From NCBI GenBank assembly GCA_945861645.1, contig CAMAVZ010000057.1, positions 1 to 10,046 on the forward strand: DNA of 10,046 nucleotides. The letters are read 5' to 3'. Positions 1-8,163 of the stretch are shown piece by piece. The stretch is from Opitutus sp. GAS368 (GTDB lineage Bacteria > Verrucomicrobiota > Verrucomicrobiia > Opitutales > Opitutaceae). Each line of letters opens with the position of its first letter. The stretch's first letter is position 1. The notes beneath the pieces were generated by a model. That model was not told the origin of the DNA. It searched no databases and saw only the letters and a program-made list of their open reading frames with translations. The position numbers and the translations under genes were made by a program.

Positions 1-78
1 GTCATGGAAATCAGCCGGCAGCTGATGGGGGGAAATGAGGGCCAGCGACATAACAACCAGCAGATGATTTATTTTCAT
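1..78 (-). CDS. 5' end of an exported protein with signal peptide (truncated by window edge)
   Basis: Reverse strand from ATG at 78 reads MKINHLLVVMSLALISPHQLPADFHD with no stop to the edge. It has a basic N-terminus, a hydrophobic core and a plausible cleavage site after LPA, and is co-oriented with the upstream dehydrogenase. Confidence 0.6.
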   Translation of the reverse strand, partial: MKINHLLVVMSLALISPHQLPADFHD

Positions 79-184
79 AGGGTAAAATGAGAGCGACCAA
101 CTCAATTTGTTAATTCTCCTCTCAGCGTCGATTCAGAAATGATCCTGGCACCAGTCTTTGTGAACTGATGGGTCAACCGCCGCA

Positions 185-1126
185 TCACACAGCGGGTTTG
201 GCCCGCTGCGCGAGCACGCTCAGAATTGCTTGGTCGCGCGCTTTCTCCAAATCTTCCAACGACCGGCCCGCGGCCGCCTCGTGCACTCCCTGAATAATGG
301 CCGCCTTGAGCTCGGGCGTTAATTCTGGTTGGCCCAGATCCGCCCACATTTTGGCGAAGGGCCCCGCAAGATGATGCATAAAATGAGTCATTCCACCCTG
401 ACCACCCCCCAGATGGAAAATTAAATTAGGTCCGAGCGCGCTCCATCTTAAACCCGGTCCTTCACTCACCGCGGCATCCACATCTGCGACACTCACGACT
501 CCCTCAGCGACTAAATGCACCGCCTCCCGCCAGAGCGCCGCTTGGAGCCGATTGGCCACATGACCGGGAATTTCCTTATTTAGGCGAATTGTACGCTTAC
601 CGAGTCGCGTATAAAATTGCTCAGCCGCAATGATCGTGGCGAGCGATGTTTTCTGTCCGCCGACAATTTCCACCAACGGAATTAAATGCGGCGGATTAAA
701 GGGATGCCCCAAGACACAGCGTTCGGGATGGCGGCACTCGCTCTGCATCACGCTCATCGCCAAGCTCGAGGAGCTGGACGCTAAGATCACGGTACTCGGC
801 AATACCGCATCCATTTCCGCAAACAATTTAATTTTAAAGTCGGCTCTTTCTGGACCATTCTCCTGCACAAAATCAACGCCGGTTAGCGCCGTCGGCAAAT
901 CGGCGTCAAAACGCAACCGCGCGCGATCAGCTCCGGGCGCCAGACCCAATGTGACCAGCAGCGGCCAGACCCGATCCACATAACCGCGCAAATCACGCTC
1001 CGCATTGGGCGCGGGATCTGTCGCCACTACATCCAAACCATGCGCCAGAAAAAATGCGGTCCAACTAGAGCCAATGAGACCAGTGCCGACCACCGCGACG
1101 CGTTGAATAGAATGCGAGGCGGGCAT
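185..1126 (-). CDS. 3-hydroxyacyl-CoA dehydrogenase family NAD-binding protein (L-carnitine dehydrogenase / lambda-crystallin L-gulonate 3-dehydrogenase-like)
   Basis: Rossmann motif VAVVGTGLIG, QENGPE, LASSSS, catalytic-His motif GHPFNPPHLIPLVEIV, KEIPGHVANRLQAALWREA and GPGLRW. The ATG at 1126 is preferred over the TTG at 1147. Confidence 0.9.
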   Translation of the reverse strand: MPASHSIQRVAVVGTGLIGSSWTAFFLAHGLDVVATDPAPNAERDLRGYVDRVWPLLVTLGLAPGADRARLRFDADLPTALTGVDFVQENGPERADFKIKLFAEMDAVLPSTVILASSSSSLAMSVMQSECRHPERCVLGHPFNPPHLIPLVEIVGGQKTSLATIIAAEQFYTRLGKRTIRLNKEIPGHVANRLQAALWREAVHLVAEGVVSVADVDAAVSEGPGLRWSALGPNLIFHLGGGQGGMTHFMHHLAGPFAKMWADLGQPELTPELKAAIIQGVHEAAAGRSLEDLEKARDQAILSVLAQRAKPAV

Positions 1127-1217
1127 CAGGGGTAGGTTAACAATCAAGAGGCCCAGCTAAATTTATGCGATGGTCGTGACGGGCGGCCTCCATTACATAA
1201 GAGCATGCCCCGCGTGC

Positions 1218-2057
1218 TCAAGTCTGCTGCCAAGCGCGGGCCAAAGCTTGCCGCAGGACCACGGCGTCTGGCCAAGCTGGCGGTAAGCCCGTGATATTGT
1301 AGCCGCCTCCGCCCGCAAAGTACGGCCCCATTTCAGGACAAGCGTACATCGTTTTGTTTTTATTAGAGCGAGCCCGCTTCCATAATTTCATCAGTGCTTC
1401 CACAAAAATGAGATAGCTTTTAACTTCAGGCGTCAGGACCCCGCGGTGAGTAACCGCCACCTGCGCGTGGTGGCCGTTAAAAGGACGGAAATGGACCTGC
1501 TCACTATTCTGCAGCAAAGCCGGATGATCGAGCAGGCGCTCAATATAATTACCGGGATGCAAATGTTTAACCGCCGCCAAGTGCGAGAAATCAAAATTCA
1601 TTTTAATCAATTCGCCCGTCGCGCGGTGATAGCGATCGGCAATCTCGTAGGTTTTCTCGGGCGTCTCGGTGCAGCAATCACGGTGAATTTCCAGCGAGAG
1701 GACAACGCCGCCGATTTTCTCGGCCGCGCGCACCAACTGCAGCCAGTGGCGCGTCGCCAAGGCGGGCGGAGTATCGTGGTTATCCAACTGCACATTAATA
1801 TGCACCGCACCGCTTTCTTTTTGCGCCCGGATCAAGCGGCTGAAATCAGCCGGTTGATCGGTGGAGATAAATCCGAGAATATATTTGAGGCCGTATTTTT
1901 CCGCGAGGCGGCGATGCTCGGGCGTCACGGCCGTAGTCAAGCCATCAAAGCCCGCGGCGGCGACAGCCTTGATTTTTCTTTCGAGCGACCACTCGCGAGC
2001 CACGACAGGATGACCAGTGAGCGACCAGAGATTAGCGATATGCGCGATTTGGGACAT
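1218..2057 (-). CDS. Xylose isomerase-like TIM barrel protein (sugar phosphate isomerase/epimerase family)
   Basis: 279 aa. N-terminal 'IKAVAAAGFDG' plus metal-ligand pattern LEIHR, FDFSH, HFR and CPEMGP, typical of the AP-endonuclease-2/xylose-isomerase-like barrel. Confidence 0.8.
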   Translation of the reverse strand: MSQIAHIANLWSLTGHPVVAREWSLERKIKAVAAAGFDGLTTAVTPEHRRLAEKYGLKYILGFISTDQPADFSRLIRAQKESGAVHINVQLDNHDTPPALATRHWLQLVRAAEKIGGVVLSLEIHRDCCTETPEKTYEIADRYHRATGELIKMNFDFSHLAAVKHLHPGNYIERLLDHPALLQNSEQVHFRPFNGHHAQVAVTHRGVLTPEVKSYLIFVEALMKLWKRARSNKNKTMYACPEMGPYFAGGGGYNITGLPPAWPDAVVLRQALARAWQQT

Positions 2058-2201
2058 GAGGGTAGGATTAAATTAGTTCGCTTATTTGACCTCTCGCCCA
2101 GCGGGAGTCCAGCCTGCGTAATTATTTCTGGTGAAAAATCATCTCCCCCTCCCCGCCAAAGTCGACTTGCCAAACCGCTAAACAACTCAATGCATTCTCC
2201 C

Positions 2202-3023
2202 ATGCCTCGCATTCCTCTCGAAGATAGTTTCGCCGACGTTATTAGCAAGACGCAGCGTGGCTACAAACTCACCGATGCTGCGCTCGTCGAAAAAGCGCAA
2301 ATCACCGCCAGCGATCTCGCCGCCCTCAAGGCTGGCGAAATTATTGAGCCTGCCCTCCTGGCCGTAGCCGGGGCGCTCGATTTAGGCCGCCATGCACTGC
2401 TCGCTCACGCCCGCCGCGAGTGGTACCCCGAACCGCCGATCTTCAAGCGGGGGTTCGCCATGTTTAATACCCCATTCGATGATATGACGGTCAACAGCTA
2501 CTTGGTCTGGGATAGCAAGACCCGCCTCGCCGCGGCCTTTGACACCGGCGCCAACTGCCAGGCCATGCTCGATACCATCGCGGGGGAAAATCTGACGCTG
2601 CGTTATATTTTCTTAACTCACACCCACGACGACCACATCGCCGACCTCGATCGTTTAGCCGCCAGCGGCGCGGAAGTGTGGGCCAGCGAACTCGAACCCA
2701 GCGATCGGCCCGGGGCGAAAATCTTCCAAGAAAATGCCCACTTTCATCTGGGTGAGCTCGCGATAAAAACTTTGTTCACCTGGGGCCACTCACCCGGCAT
2801 GACGACATTCTTTGTCACGGGATTATCTTGGCCCCTCGCCATTGTCGGCGACGCAATCTTTGCCAGCTCCATGGGTGGCAGCGCCACTCACTTCGATATG
2901 CAGCTCCGCAATAATAAACAAAAAATCATGAAGCTGCAGGCTGACACCGTCCTCGCCTGCGGCCACGGCCCGCTCACGACTCTGAAACAAGAAAAACAGC
3001 ACAATCCTTTTTACGCTCACTAA
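2202..3023 (+). CDS. MBL-fold metallo-hydrolase (glyoxalase II-like) with N-terminal HTH-like domain
   Basis: Motifs FDTG, THTHDDHIAD (HxHxDH), GHSPG, GDAIF, CGHG and terminal EKQHNPF. The first ~70 aa are helical and XRE/HTH-like. The true start is ATG 2202 (or 2190), not 1446. Confidence 0.88.
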   Translation: MPRIPLEDSFADVISKTQRGYKLTDAALVEKAQITASDLAALKAGEIIEPALLAVAGALDLGRHALLAHARREWYPEPPIFKRGFAMFNTPFDDMTVNSYLVWDSKTRLAAAFDTGANCQAMLDTIAGENLTLRYIFLTHTHDDHIADLDRLAASGAEVWASELEPSDRPGAKIFQENAHFHLGELAIKTLFTWGHSPGMTTFFVTGLSWPLAIVGDAIFASSMGGSATHFDMQLRNNKQKIMKLQADTVLACGHGPLTTLKQEKQHNPFYAH

Positions 3024-3024
3024 T

Positions 3025-3909
3025 ATGTCTCAAAAAATCGCTTTCGTCGGTACCGGTCGCATGGGTGGCAACATGGCTCGTCGCCTCAAAGATTGCGGCT
3101 ATCAGATCACCGCGGTCTATGACGCTCATGCTCCCCTGGCCGAAAGCCTAGCCACCGAAATCGGGGCGCGCGCCGCTCGCACCTTGGCTGAAGTCACTGC
3201 CGCGGCCGATCTGATCTTCACGGTCGTTACCGATGATGCGGCCCAACTAAAAGTATTTGCCGAAACGGGTGACTCATTGCTGATCGGCGCCTCAGGCAAA
3301 ATTTTCGTCAACTGCGCGACCCTCACTCCTAAAGTTCATGTGGAAGTTGAACGGCGCGCCCAACGCGTCGGGGGTATTACCCTCGAAGGCTGCATGGCCT
3401 CCAGTATTCCTCAGGCGCGCAACGGCACGCTCTATCTCATGTGCGCCGGGGATCGGTCGACGTTTGATCAGGTGCGTCCCATCTTGGAAAAATTAAGCAC
3501 CGCCCTCCGCTATATCGGGCCGACTGGGAGCGCCGCGCAAGTCAAGGCCCTGGTCAACATGGTCATGAATATCAACACAGCCGGTCTCGCTGAGGGGCTC
3601 GGCCTGGGCCAAGCTCTCGGCCTCGATCTTGATATGCTTCGGGAAGTTTTCAGCCAGACGGGCGCTAACTCGCAAGTGCTCAAGACCGATGGCGAGGACA
3701 TGCAAAATCGCGCGCACGATTGCTACTTCTCCGCCTCGCATGCCGCCAAGGATTCTGGCATTGCCTGCCAACTCGCAGTCGACTGCCAATTAAATTTACC
3801 GGTGGCCAAAGTTACCCAAGCACAATTCGCTCGGCTGACTGAGCTTGGCCTCGGCGGCCTAGATAAATCAGGTATCGCCGAGCTCACCTTTCCTGGTCGC
3901 CATGGCTAA
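3025..3909 (+). CDS. NAD(P)-dependent beta-hydroxyacid dehydrogenase (3-hydroxyisobutyrate dehydrogenase / 2-hydroxy-3-oxopropionate reductase family)
   Basis: IAFVGTGRMGGNMARRL Rossmann motif, ARNGTLYLM, catalytic Lys in AAQVKALVN, and AKD motif. Starts 1 nt after the MBL stop (TAA-t-ATG), implying an operon. Confidence 0.9.
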   Translation: MSQKIAFVGTGRMGGNMARRLKDCGYQITAVYDAHAPLAESLATEIGARAARTLAEVTAAADLIFTVVTDDAAQLKVFAETGDSLLIGASGKIFVNCATLTPKVHVEVERRAQRVGGITLEGCMASSIPQARNGTLYLMCAGDRSTFDQVRPILEKLSTALRYIGPTGSAAQVKALVNMVMNINTAGLAEGLGLGQALGLDLDMLREVFSQTGANSQVLKTDGEDMQNRAHDCYFSASHAAKDSGIACQLAVDCQLNLPVAKVTQAQFARLTELGLGGLDKSGIAELTFPGRHG

Positions 3910-4108
3910 GTCATAATGCCGCGACGGGTATTTAGCCGCCGGGCTGAGCGACCGCGGCGACCGAGATCAAACGATCCGCTCGTCACTCCTGGTGCTGCTC
4001 GTCCTCCGGCGGAGGAGCCCGCGGGGGAGATTCTAGGCCGCCCCCCAACGAGATCGCGGTATATTGCTCGATCGATTGGCGGTGGTATCAGCGCCGCGGC
4101 CAATTGGC

Positions 4109-5590
4109 CTAGTGCGACTCAGCGAAGCTGGTGATCGAATGCCATTCGAGCACTTCTTGCAGGATCGCGCGCTCCGTTCTTGATACAATTTTCTCCAAAC
4201 TGTTCCACGTTTGGCAGAACATCACCCGCTGTCGGCTATTCGATAAATTAAGCTGCATCTCGCGGAAGCGGGCGACGCGACGCTGGAGGTCGTTGATCGA
4301 GATCAGGGAAATGAAGGAGGCGGCGATGACCGGCAAGGCGATGGGCAGGAAATAGAACAAGCTAGTCTCAAGCGCCGGCGGGACGATCAGGTGGGCCGTA
4401 TGGCAAACGGCGTAGGCCAGCGTGCAAGCCATGGCGAGCAGCGTCGCCACCCAAAATCCGAGTCTTAAGCGACGCAAGAGCGGCACCGCGCGGGCCTCCT
4501 GCCGGCGATAGTATTTCAGTTGGTCATCGATACGTTTTTCCAAATAAATTCGCCGGAATTCTTCCATGGAGACCGGCTGGGCTCCCGCTGAGCGAGTGTG
4601 GAGAATCCCCAGCGAGCGGGTCAGCCCGCGCATGATGGGTAAATCAAGATCCTCGAATAACGGCGCCGCGCGGGGTAAGCCCCAGGTAGCCAAACCTGAG
4701 CGGCAAAATTCAGCGGCCAACCGACACCGCACCCAGTTGTGCTGCGAGTGATGATGCTGACGCAAGATGACCGCCACGCCCAAGGCGCCAGCAAGACAGA
4801 GTAATTTCAGCCAAGGAATAACGGTGAAGTGCAGATCAAAGGAAAGCGCCGCCGCCGCAATCAGCGTGGCCAAGACATGCAGCCCAACGGTCAGCACAAT
4901 CAAGCGGCGAAATTGGGGCGCGCCATGACTCGCCGCGAAGTCGCACTTTTGCTGAAACGCAAAGATCGGCGCTGGGGCGTCGAAAGGATTTTCGCCCCAG
5001 CCCGCTGATCCCACTGGGAGCGAATTTAAATTAACCAAAGTCTGATCGGTGCGTTCGAGGCGCTCAAAATTTTCGCGCCGCAGTTCGAGCGTTACCGCAT
5101 CTATCACCAGTACCGGCTTGCCCAGTGATTTGGCGTAATGCACGACCTCCGCCGTGCCCCCTTTGCCGCGCGCAGGTTGACCGTCCCAAACCGCAATCAG
5201 GACATCAGCGCCATCCACCGTCTCCATGCCACAATCGAGATAAGCATCCTCGCGCGAACCATTTTCCGCAATCACGCGCTCGTGTTCTGCGCACGCGAGT
5301 AGTTCCTCGGCGGTTAGCCATTCTGCCGGTAGAAAGTCTTTTTGAAATTCGGCTTTCGGTAGCGGCAAAATCGCGTGCCAGGAAAGACCAAGCGCCTGGG
5401 CCTGCTTAACAAAGAGCTGATCGCTGCCAATCGCGATTGAGGAAAGCGCAATCCACTCGCCCGCGGCCTCTTGCCGGAGCAAAGCCAGTGCCGTCGTGAT
5501 CGCACGAGCGACCCCGGCAGGATTCGCTACGGACCGATGTCCAGAAAAACCCACAACATGAAACAACGGTAAAACAGAGGAGGAATTCAT
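4109..5590 (-). CDS. SLOG (YspA/LOG-like nucleotide-binding) domain fused to two SLATT/DUF4231-like 2TM modules
   Basis: N-terminal VVGFSGHR, SSIAIGSDQLF, LPLP and DVLIAVWDGQPARGKGGTAEVVHYAKSLGKPVLVI indicate a SLOG fold. The C-terminal half has four hydrophobic helices with SLATT-type motifs WVRCRLAAE, YLEKRIDDQLKYY and TERAILQEVLEW. ATG 5590 is preferred over GTG 5611. Confidence 0.8.
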   Translation of the reverse strand: MNSSSVLPLFHVVGFSGHRSVANPAGVARAITTALALLRQEAAGEWIALSSIAIGSDQLFVKQAQALGLSWHAILPLPKAEFQKDFLPAEWLTAEELLACAEHERVIAENGSREDAYLDCGMETVDGADVLIAVWDGQPARGKGGTAEVVHYAKSLGKPVLVIDAVTLELRRENFERLERTDQTLVNLNSLPVGSAGWGENPFDAPAPIFAFQQKCDFAASHGAPQFRRLIVLTVGLHVLATLIAAAALSFDLHFTVIPWLKLLCLAGALGVAVILRQHHHSQHNWVRCRLAAEFCRSGLATWGLPRAAPLFEDLDLPIMRGLTRSLGILHTRSAGAQPVSMEEFRRIYLEKRIDDQLKYYRRQEARAVPLLRRLRLGFWVATLLAMACTLAYAVCHTAHLIVPPALETSLFYFLPIALPVIAASFISLISINDLQRRVARFREMQLNLSNSRQRVMFCQTWNSLEKIVSRTERAILQEVLEWHSITSFAESH

Positions 5591-5840
5591 GCGGGCGTTA
5601 GCGAATCGCACGCGACGCTCACAGGTGCGTCAACGTCAAAGCCGCCCGGGCCGACCGCTTGACCAGCATTGCAGGGCCTTTGCGGGGATCAGAAACAGAC
5701 CCTTCCCCCCTACTCACTTTTCGCGGTTGCCCGCTAGTAACACCACCAAGCTTCCGAATATAATGATACTATTTTGCGTTAAAAAAACAAGCCTGAGTTA
5801 ACCCAAAAGTTTCCTCACCCCTGACTAATTTTAGTGGAAC

Positions 5841-5869
5841 TTACGATGATTGCTGAATAATGGTAAGAT
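5841..5869 (+). promoter_or_regulatory. Putative sigma70 promoter for the 5927 gene
   Basis: TTACGA (5841-5846), 17 bp spacer, TAAGAT (5864-5869) with extended -10 TG at 5861-5862, in AT-rich intergenic DNA. Confidence 0.45.
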
Positions 5870-5926
5870 CGAACAAGAATTGATTTTATTTTTAGTTTAG
5901 TCGTTTAACATTAAATCGCGCAGAAA

Positions 5927-6658
5927 ATGAAAATTAAATTATGGTTATCTCTCATCGCGTTAACCGCGATTGGTTTCGCTCAAACCACGGAAGAACAAAT
6001 TGCCACCAGCTATCGAATCCAAGCAAAGCCAGGCAAAGATGCGGCTTTGAAAGCTGCTTTAATTGCGCATGGAGAAAAATTCCATGGCGGCGCTAATAGC
6101 TGGCGCATTGCCCAAGTAATTTCGGGAATGCAGGAAGGCATGTTTCAAATTAATGAAGGCCCCAATACGTTCGCTGGTTTAGAAGAACGCGGCGACTTAG
6201 GGCCTGAGCACATGGCCGAATATGACCAAACAATCACCCCATTGGTCGAGAGTCGCACCGGTTCCAACTATCTTCGTTTTCGGCCGGAATATAGTACGGG
6301 AACAATTATCCCAAAAAACGGAATGAAGGTTACCCTCCGCATTTTTTACCTTAAACCCGGCAGATTGGATCATCTCATGGCGAGCATGAACTTGATTAAA
6401 AATACTTGGGAAAATCTGGGGTGGAATGTCGCACTCTACACTACGGTATATTCCGGTGAACCGAGAGTTATCGTGGCCCGCCGGTTCGCCAATGGCTTTA
6501 AAGATTTTAGCCTCAGCGCTTCAGCGAAATTTACGGCTGCTTACAACAAAATGAACGGAGCCGGTTCTTACGAAAAATTCCAGGAGAATATCGGTGATGA
6601 TGTCAGCAAGGTTGACGAAGAGATTATTGAAATAATCGCTTCACCAATCAAAAAATAA
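5927..6658 (+). CDS. Secreted/periplasmic hypothetical protein with two NIPSNAP/Dabb-like repeats
   Basis: Signal peptide MKIKLWLSLIALTAIGFA|Q. Internal duplication TSYRIQAKPGKDAALKAAL vs TLRIFYLKPGRLDHLMASM (strand-KPG-helix, as in dimeric alpha/beta barrels). Confidence 0.7.
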   Translation: MKIKLWLSLIALTAIGFAQTTEEQIATSYRIQAKPGKDAALKAALIAHGEKFHGGANSWRIAQVISGMQEGMFQINEGPNTFAGLEERGDLGPEHMAEYDQTITPLVESRTGSNYLRFRPEYSTGTIIPKNGMKVTLRIFYLKPGRLDHLMASMNLIKNTWENLGWNVALYTTVYSGEPRVIVARRFANGFKDFSLSASAKFTAAYNKMNGAGSYEKFQENIGDDVSKVDEEIIEIIASPIKK

Positions 6659-6670
6659 TAGTTTGTTAAG

Positions 6671-6710
6671 GTGATCGCGCCGCCGAAAAAATGCGGCGCG
6701 GTCACATTTT
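6671..6710 (+). terminator. Intrinsic terminator hairpin after the 5927 gene
   Basis: 13-bp stem GTGATCGCGCCGC (6671-6683) / GCGGCGCGGTCAC (6693-6705) with one G-U pair and a 9-nt loop, followed by ATTTT, 12 nt after the stop. Confidence 0.7.
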
Positions 6711-6727
6711 AGGACCGTGCCAAGGCC

Positions 6728-6756
6728 TTGTCTAATTTTTTTGTGAATATTAACTT
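6728..6756 (+). promoter_or_regulatory. Putative sigma70 promoter for SIR2-TIR / STAND operon
   Basis: TTGTCT (6728-6733), 17 bp spacer, TAACTT (6751-6756), lying between the terminator and ATG 6772. Confidence 0.4.
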
Positions 6757-6771
6757 GGGATCTATTTAAAA

Positions 6772-8163
6772 ATGTCTGCCCCCACGCTTTCTGCCCTCCT
6801 CCTCGCCCCTTTTGAAAATGATGCTTGGGAGGATCTGCTAAATTTCATTGAAGAGAAAAAAGTCATTCCGATCATCGGGCCTGAGCTACTCACCGTTGAG
6901 ACGGAGACCGGACCGCAAAATCTTTATACGTGGCTAGCTCCCCGCTTGGCCACTCGGCTGGGGATTCCGCCGGAGGAACTCTCGCCGACGCCTACCCTGA
7001 ACGATGTCGTGGTGCGCTTCCTCGCGCGGCGGGGGCGACGGGAAGATGCGTATTCTCGGCTGCGCACCATTCTTCGGGAAACTAACTTTGCTCCTCCCTT
7101 GGCCCTCCGCCAGCTCGCGGAGATCACCGACCTCGATCTCTATATCACAACGACCTTCGATAGCCTGCTCGAAGATGCGCTCAATACCGTGCGTTTCGCC
7201 GGTCTCCGCAGCACCGAAGTCGTCGCCTACGCCCCCAACAAGGTGGCCGATCTTCCGTCCGAACGCGCCCAGTTCACTCGCCCACTCGTCTATCATCTGC
7301 TCGGCCGGCTCTCCGCTTCGCCCACTTATGTTTTGTCCGATGAAGATACGCTCGAGTTCATGTGCGCACTCCAAACGGAAGCGTACTGTCCGGAAAAACT
7401 TTTTGCGGCCCTCGAAGAAAGCCACCTGCTTGTGCTCGGCGGCGGCTTTCCCGATTGGTTAATGCGGCTATTTTTACGCCTAGCGAAACGCCGGCGCCTG
7501 TCCGACCCGCGGGAGGTGGGGGAAGTTGTCGCCGATCGTCAGCTTAACGGGGATACCGGCTTAGTGGGATTTCTGCAGCAAGTGAGTAGTCGGTCCCAAG
7601 TATTTGGTGGATCAGCTGACGGGTTCGTCGCGGAGTTGCACCGCCGTTGGTTAGAGCGCCGCGGGGCAACCAGTGGAACTGGATCGACGGCGGCAGTCGC
7701 GGCCGGCCCCCGACGTTTTTTTGCGCCCGAACGCGAAATGCCCGACCGCGCCGTGTTTATCAGCTATGCCCGGGAGGATTTAGCCGCCGTGCAACGCCTC
7801 AAAACTGCTTTCGACGCCGCCGGGATCGTCACCTGGTTTGATATGGATCGGCTCGAGAGCGGCGACGATTTCGAACGTAAAATTCAGCGCAACATTGCCC
7901 GGTGCTCATTCTTCATCCCCATCATCTCCGCCGCCACTCAACGGCGCGTCGAAGGATACTTCCGCCGGGAGTGGTCGTGGGCGGTTGATCGCACCCGGGG
8001 TATGGCCGAAGGCGCAGCTTTTATTCTACCAGCCTGCATTGATGACACCCCAGAAAATGGCGCGCTTGTACCGGAGAAATTTCTGAAAAGTCACTGGACG
8101 CGTATTCCCGCTGGTGAACCCGGCGCTGATTTCACAAAGCACCTGCGCGAGCTCCTCAGCTGA
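6772..8163 (+). CDS. SIR2-like (SIR2_2, degenerate active site) + C-terminal TIR domain protein
   Basis: Sirtuin-fold landmarks VIPIIG, YITTTFDSLLEDAL, VYHLLG and LLVLGGGFPDW, then a G/S/T/A linker. The TIR domain reads VFISYAREDL...WFDMDRLESGDDFERKIQRNIARCSFFIPIIS...YFRREW, with conserved Glu400. Confidence 0.85.
   Translation: MSAPTLSALLLAPFENDAWEDLLNFIEEKKVIPIIGPELLTVETETGPQNLYTWLAPRLATRLGIPPEELSPTPTLNDVVVRFLARRGRREDAYSRLRTILRETNFAPPLALRQLAEITDLDLYITTTFDSLLEDALNTVRFAGLRSTEVVAYAPNKVADLPSERAQFTRPLVYHLLGRLSASPTYVLSDEDTLEFMCALQTEAYCPEKLFAALEESHLLVLGGGFPDWLMRLFLRLAKRRRLSDPREVGEVVADRQLNGDTGLVGFLQQVSSRSQVFGGSADGFVAELHRRWLERRGATSGTGSTAAVAAGPRRFFAPEREMPDRAVFISYAREDLAAVQRLKTAFDAAGIVTWFDMDRLESGDDFERKIQRNIARCSFFIPIISAATQRRVEGYFRREWSWAVDRTRGMAEGAAFILPACIDDTPENGALVPEKFLKSHWTRIPAGEPGADFTKHLRELLS

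Noticed and set aside
1446-2201. N-terminal 252-codon extension of the 525-aa ORF
   Set aside because: It is largely the antisense shadow of the TIM-barrel gene (1218-2057). Recognisable protein starts only at MPRIPLED (2202).
3906-4134. Small ORFs 3906-4103 (-) and 3916-4134 (+)
   Set aside because: They have low-complexity R/P/G/A composition typical of GC-rich non-coding frames and no motifs.
5605-5639. Tandem TTGACG-TTGACG on the minus strand as -35 of the SLOG-SLATT promoter
   Set aside because: The -35 is good, but the -10 at 17 bp (TGCGAT) is poor, so there is not enough support to list it as a feature.
5589-5801. 70-aa ORF in the divergent intergenic region
   Set aside because: It has no protein-like features and overlaps the expected promoter region of the SLOG-SLATT gene.
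6924-8086. Short ORFs nested in the SIR2-TIR gene
   Set aside because: These are shadow frames without recognisable motifs.
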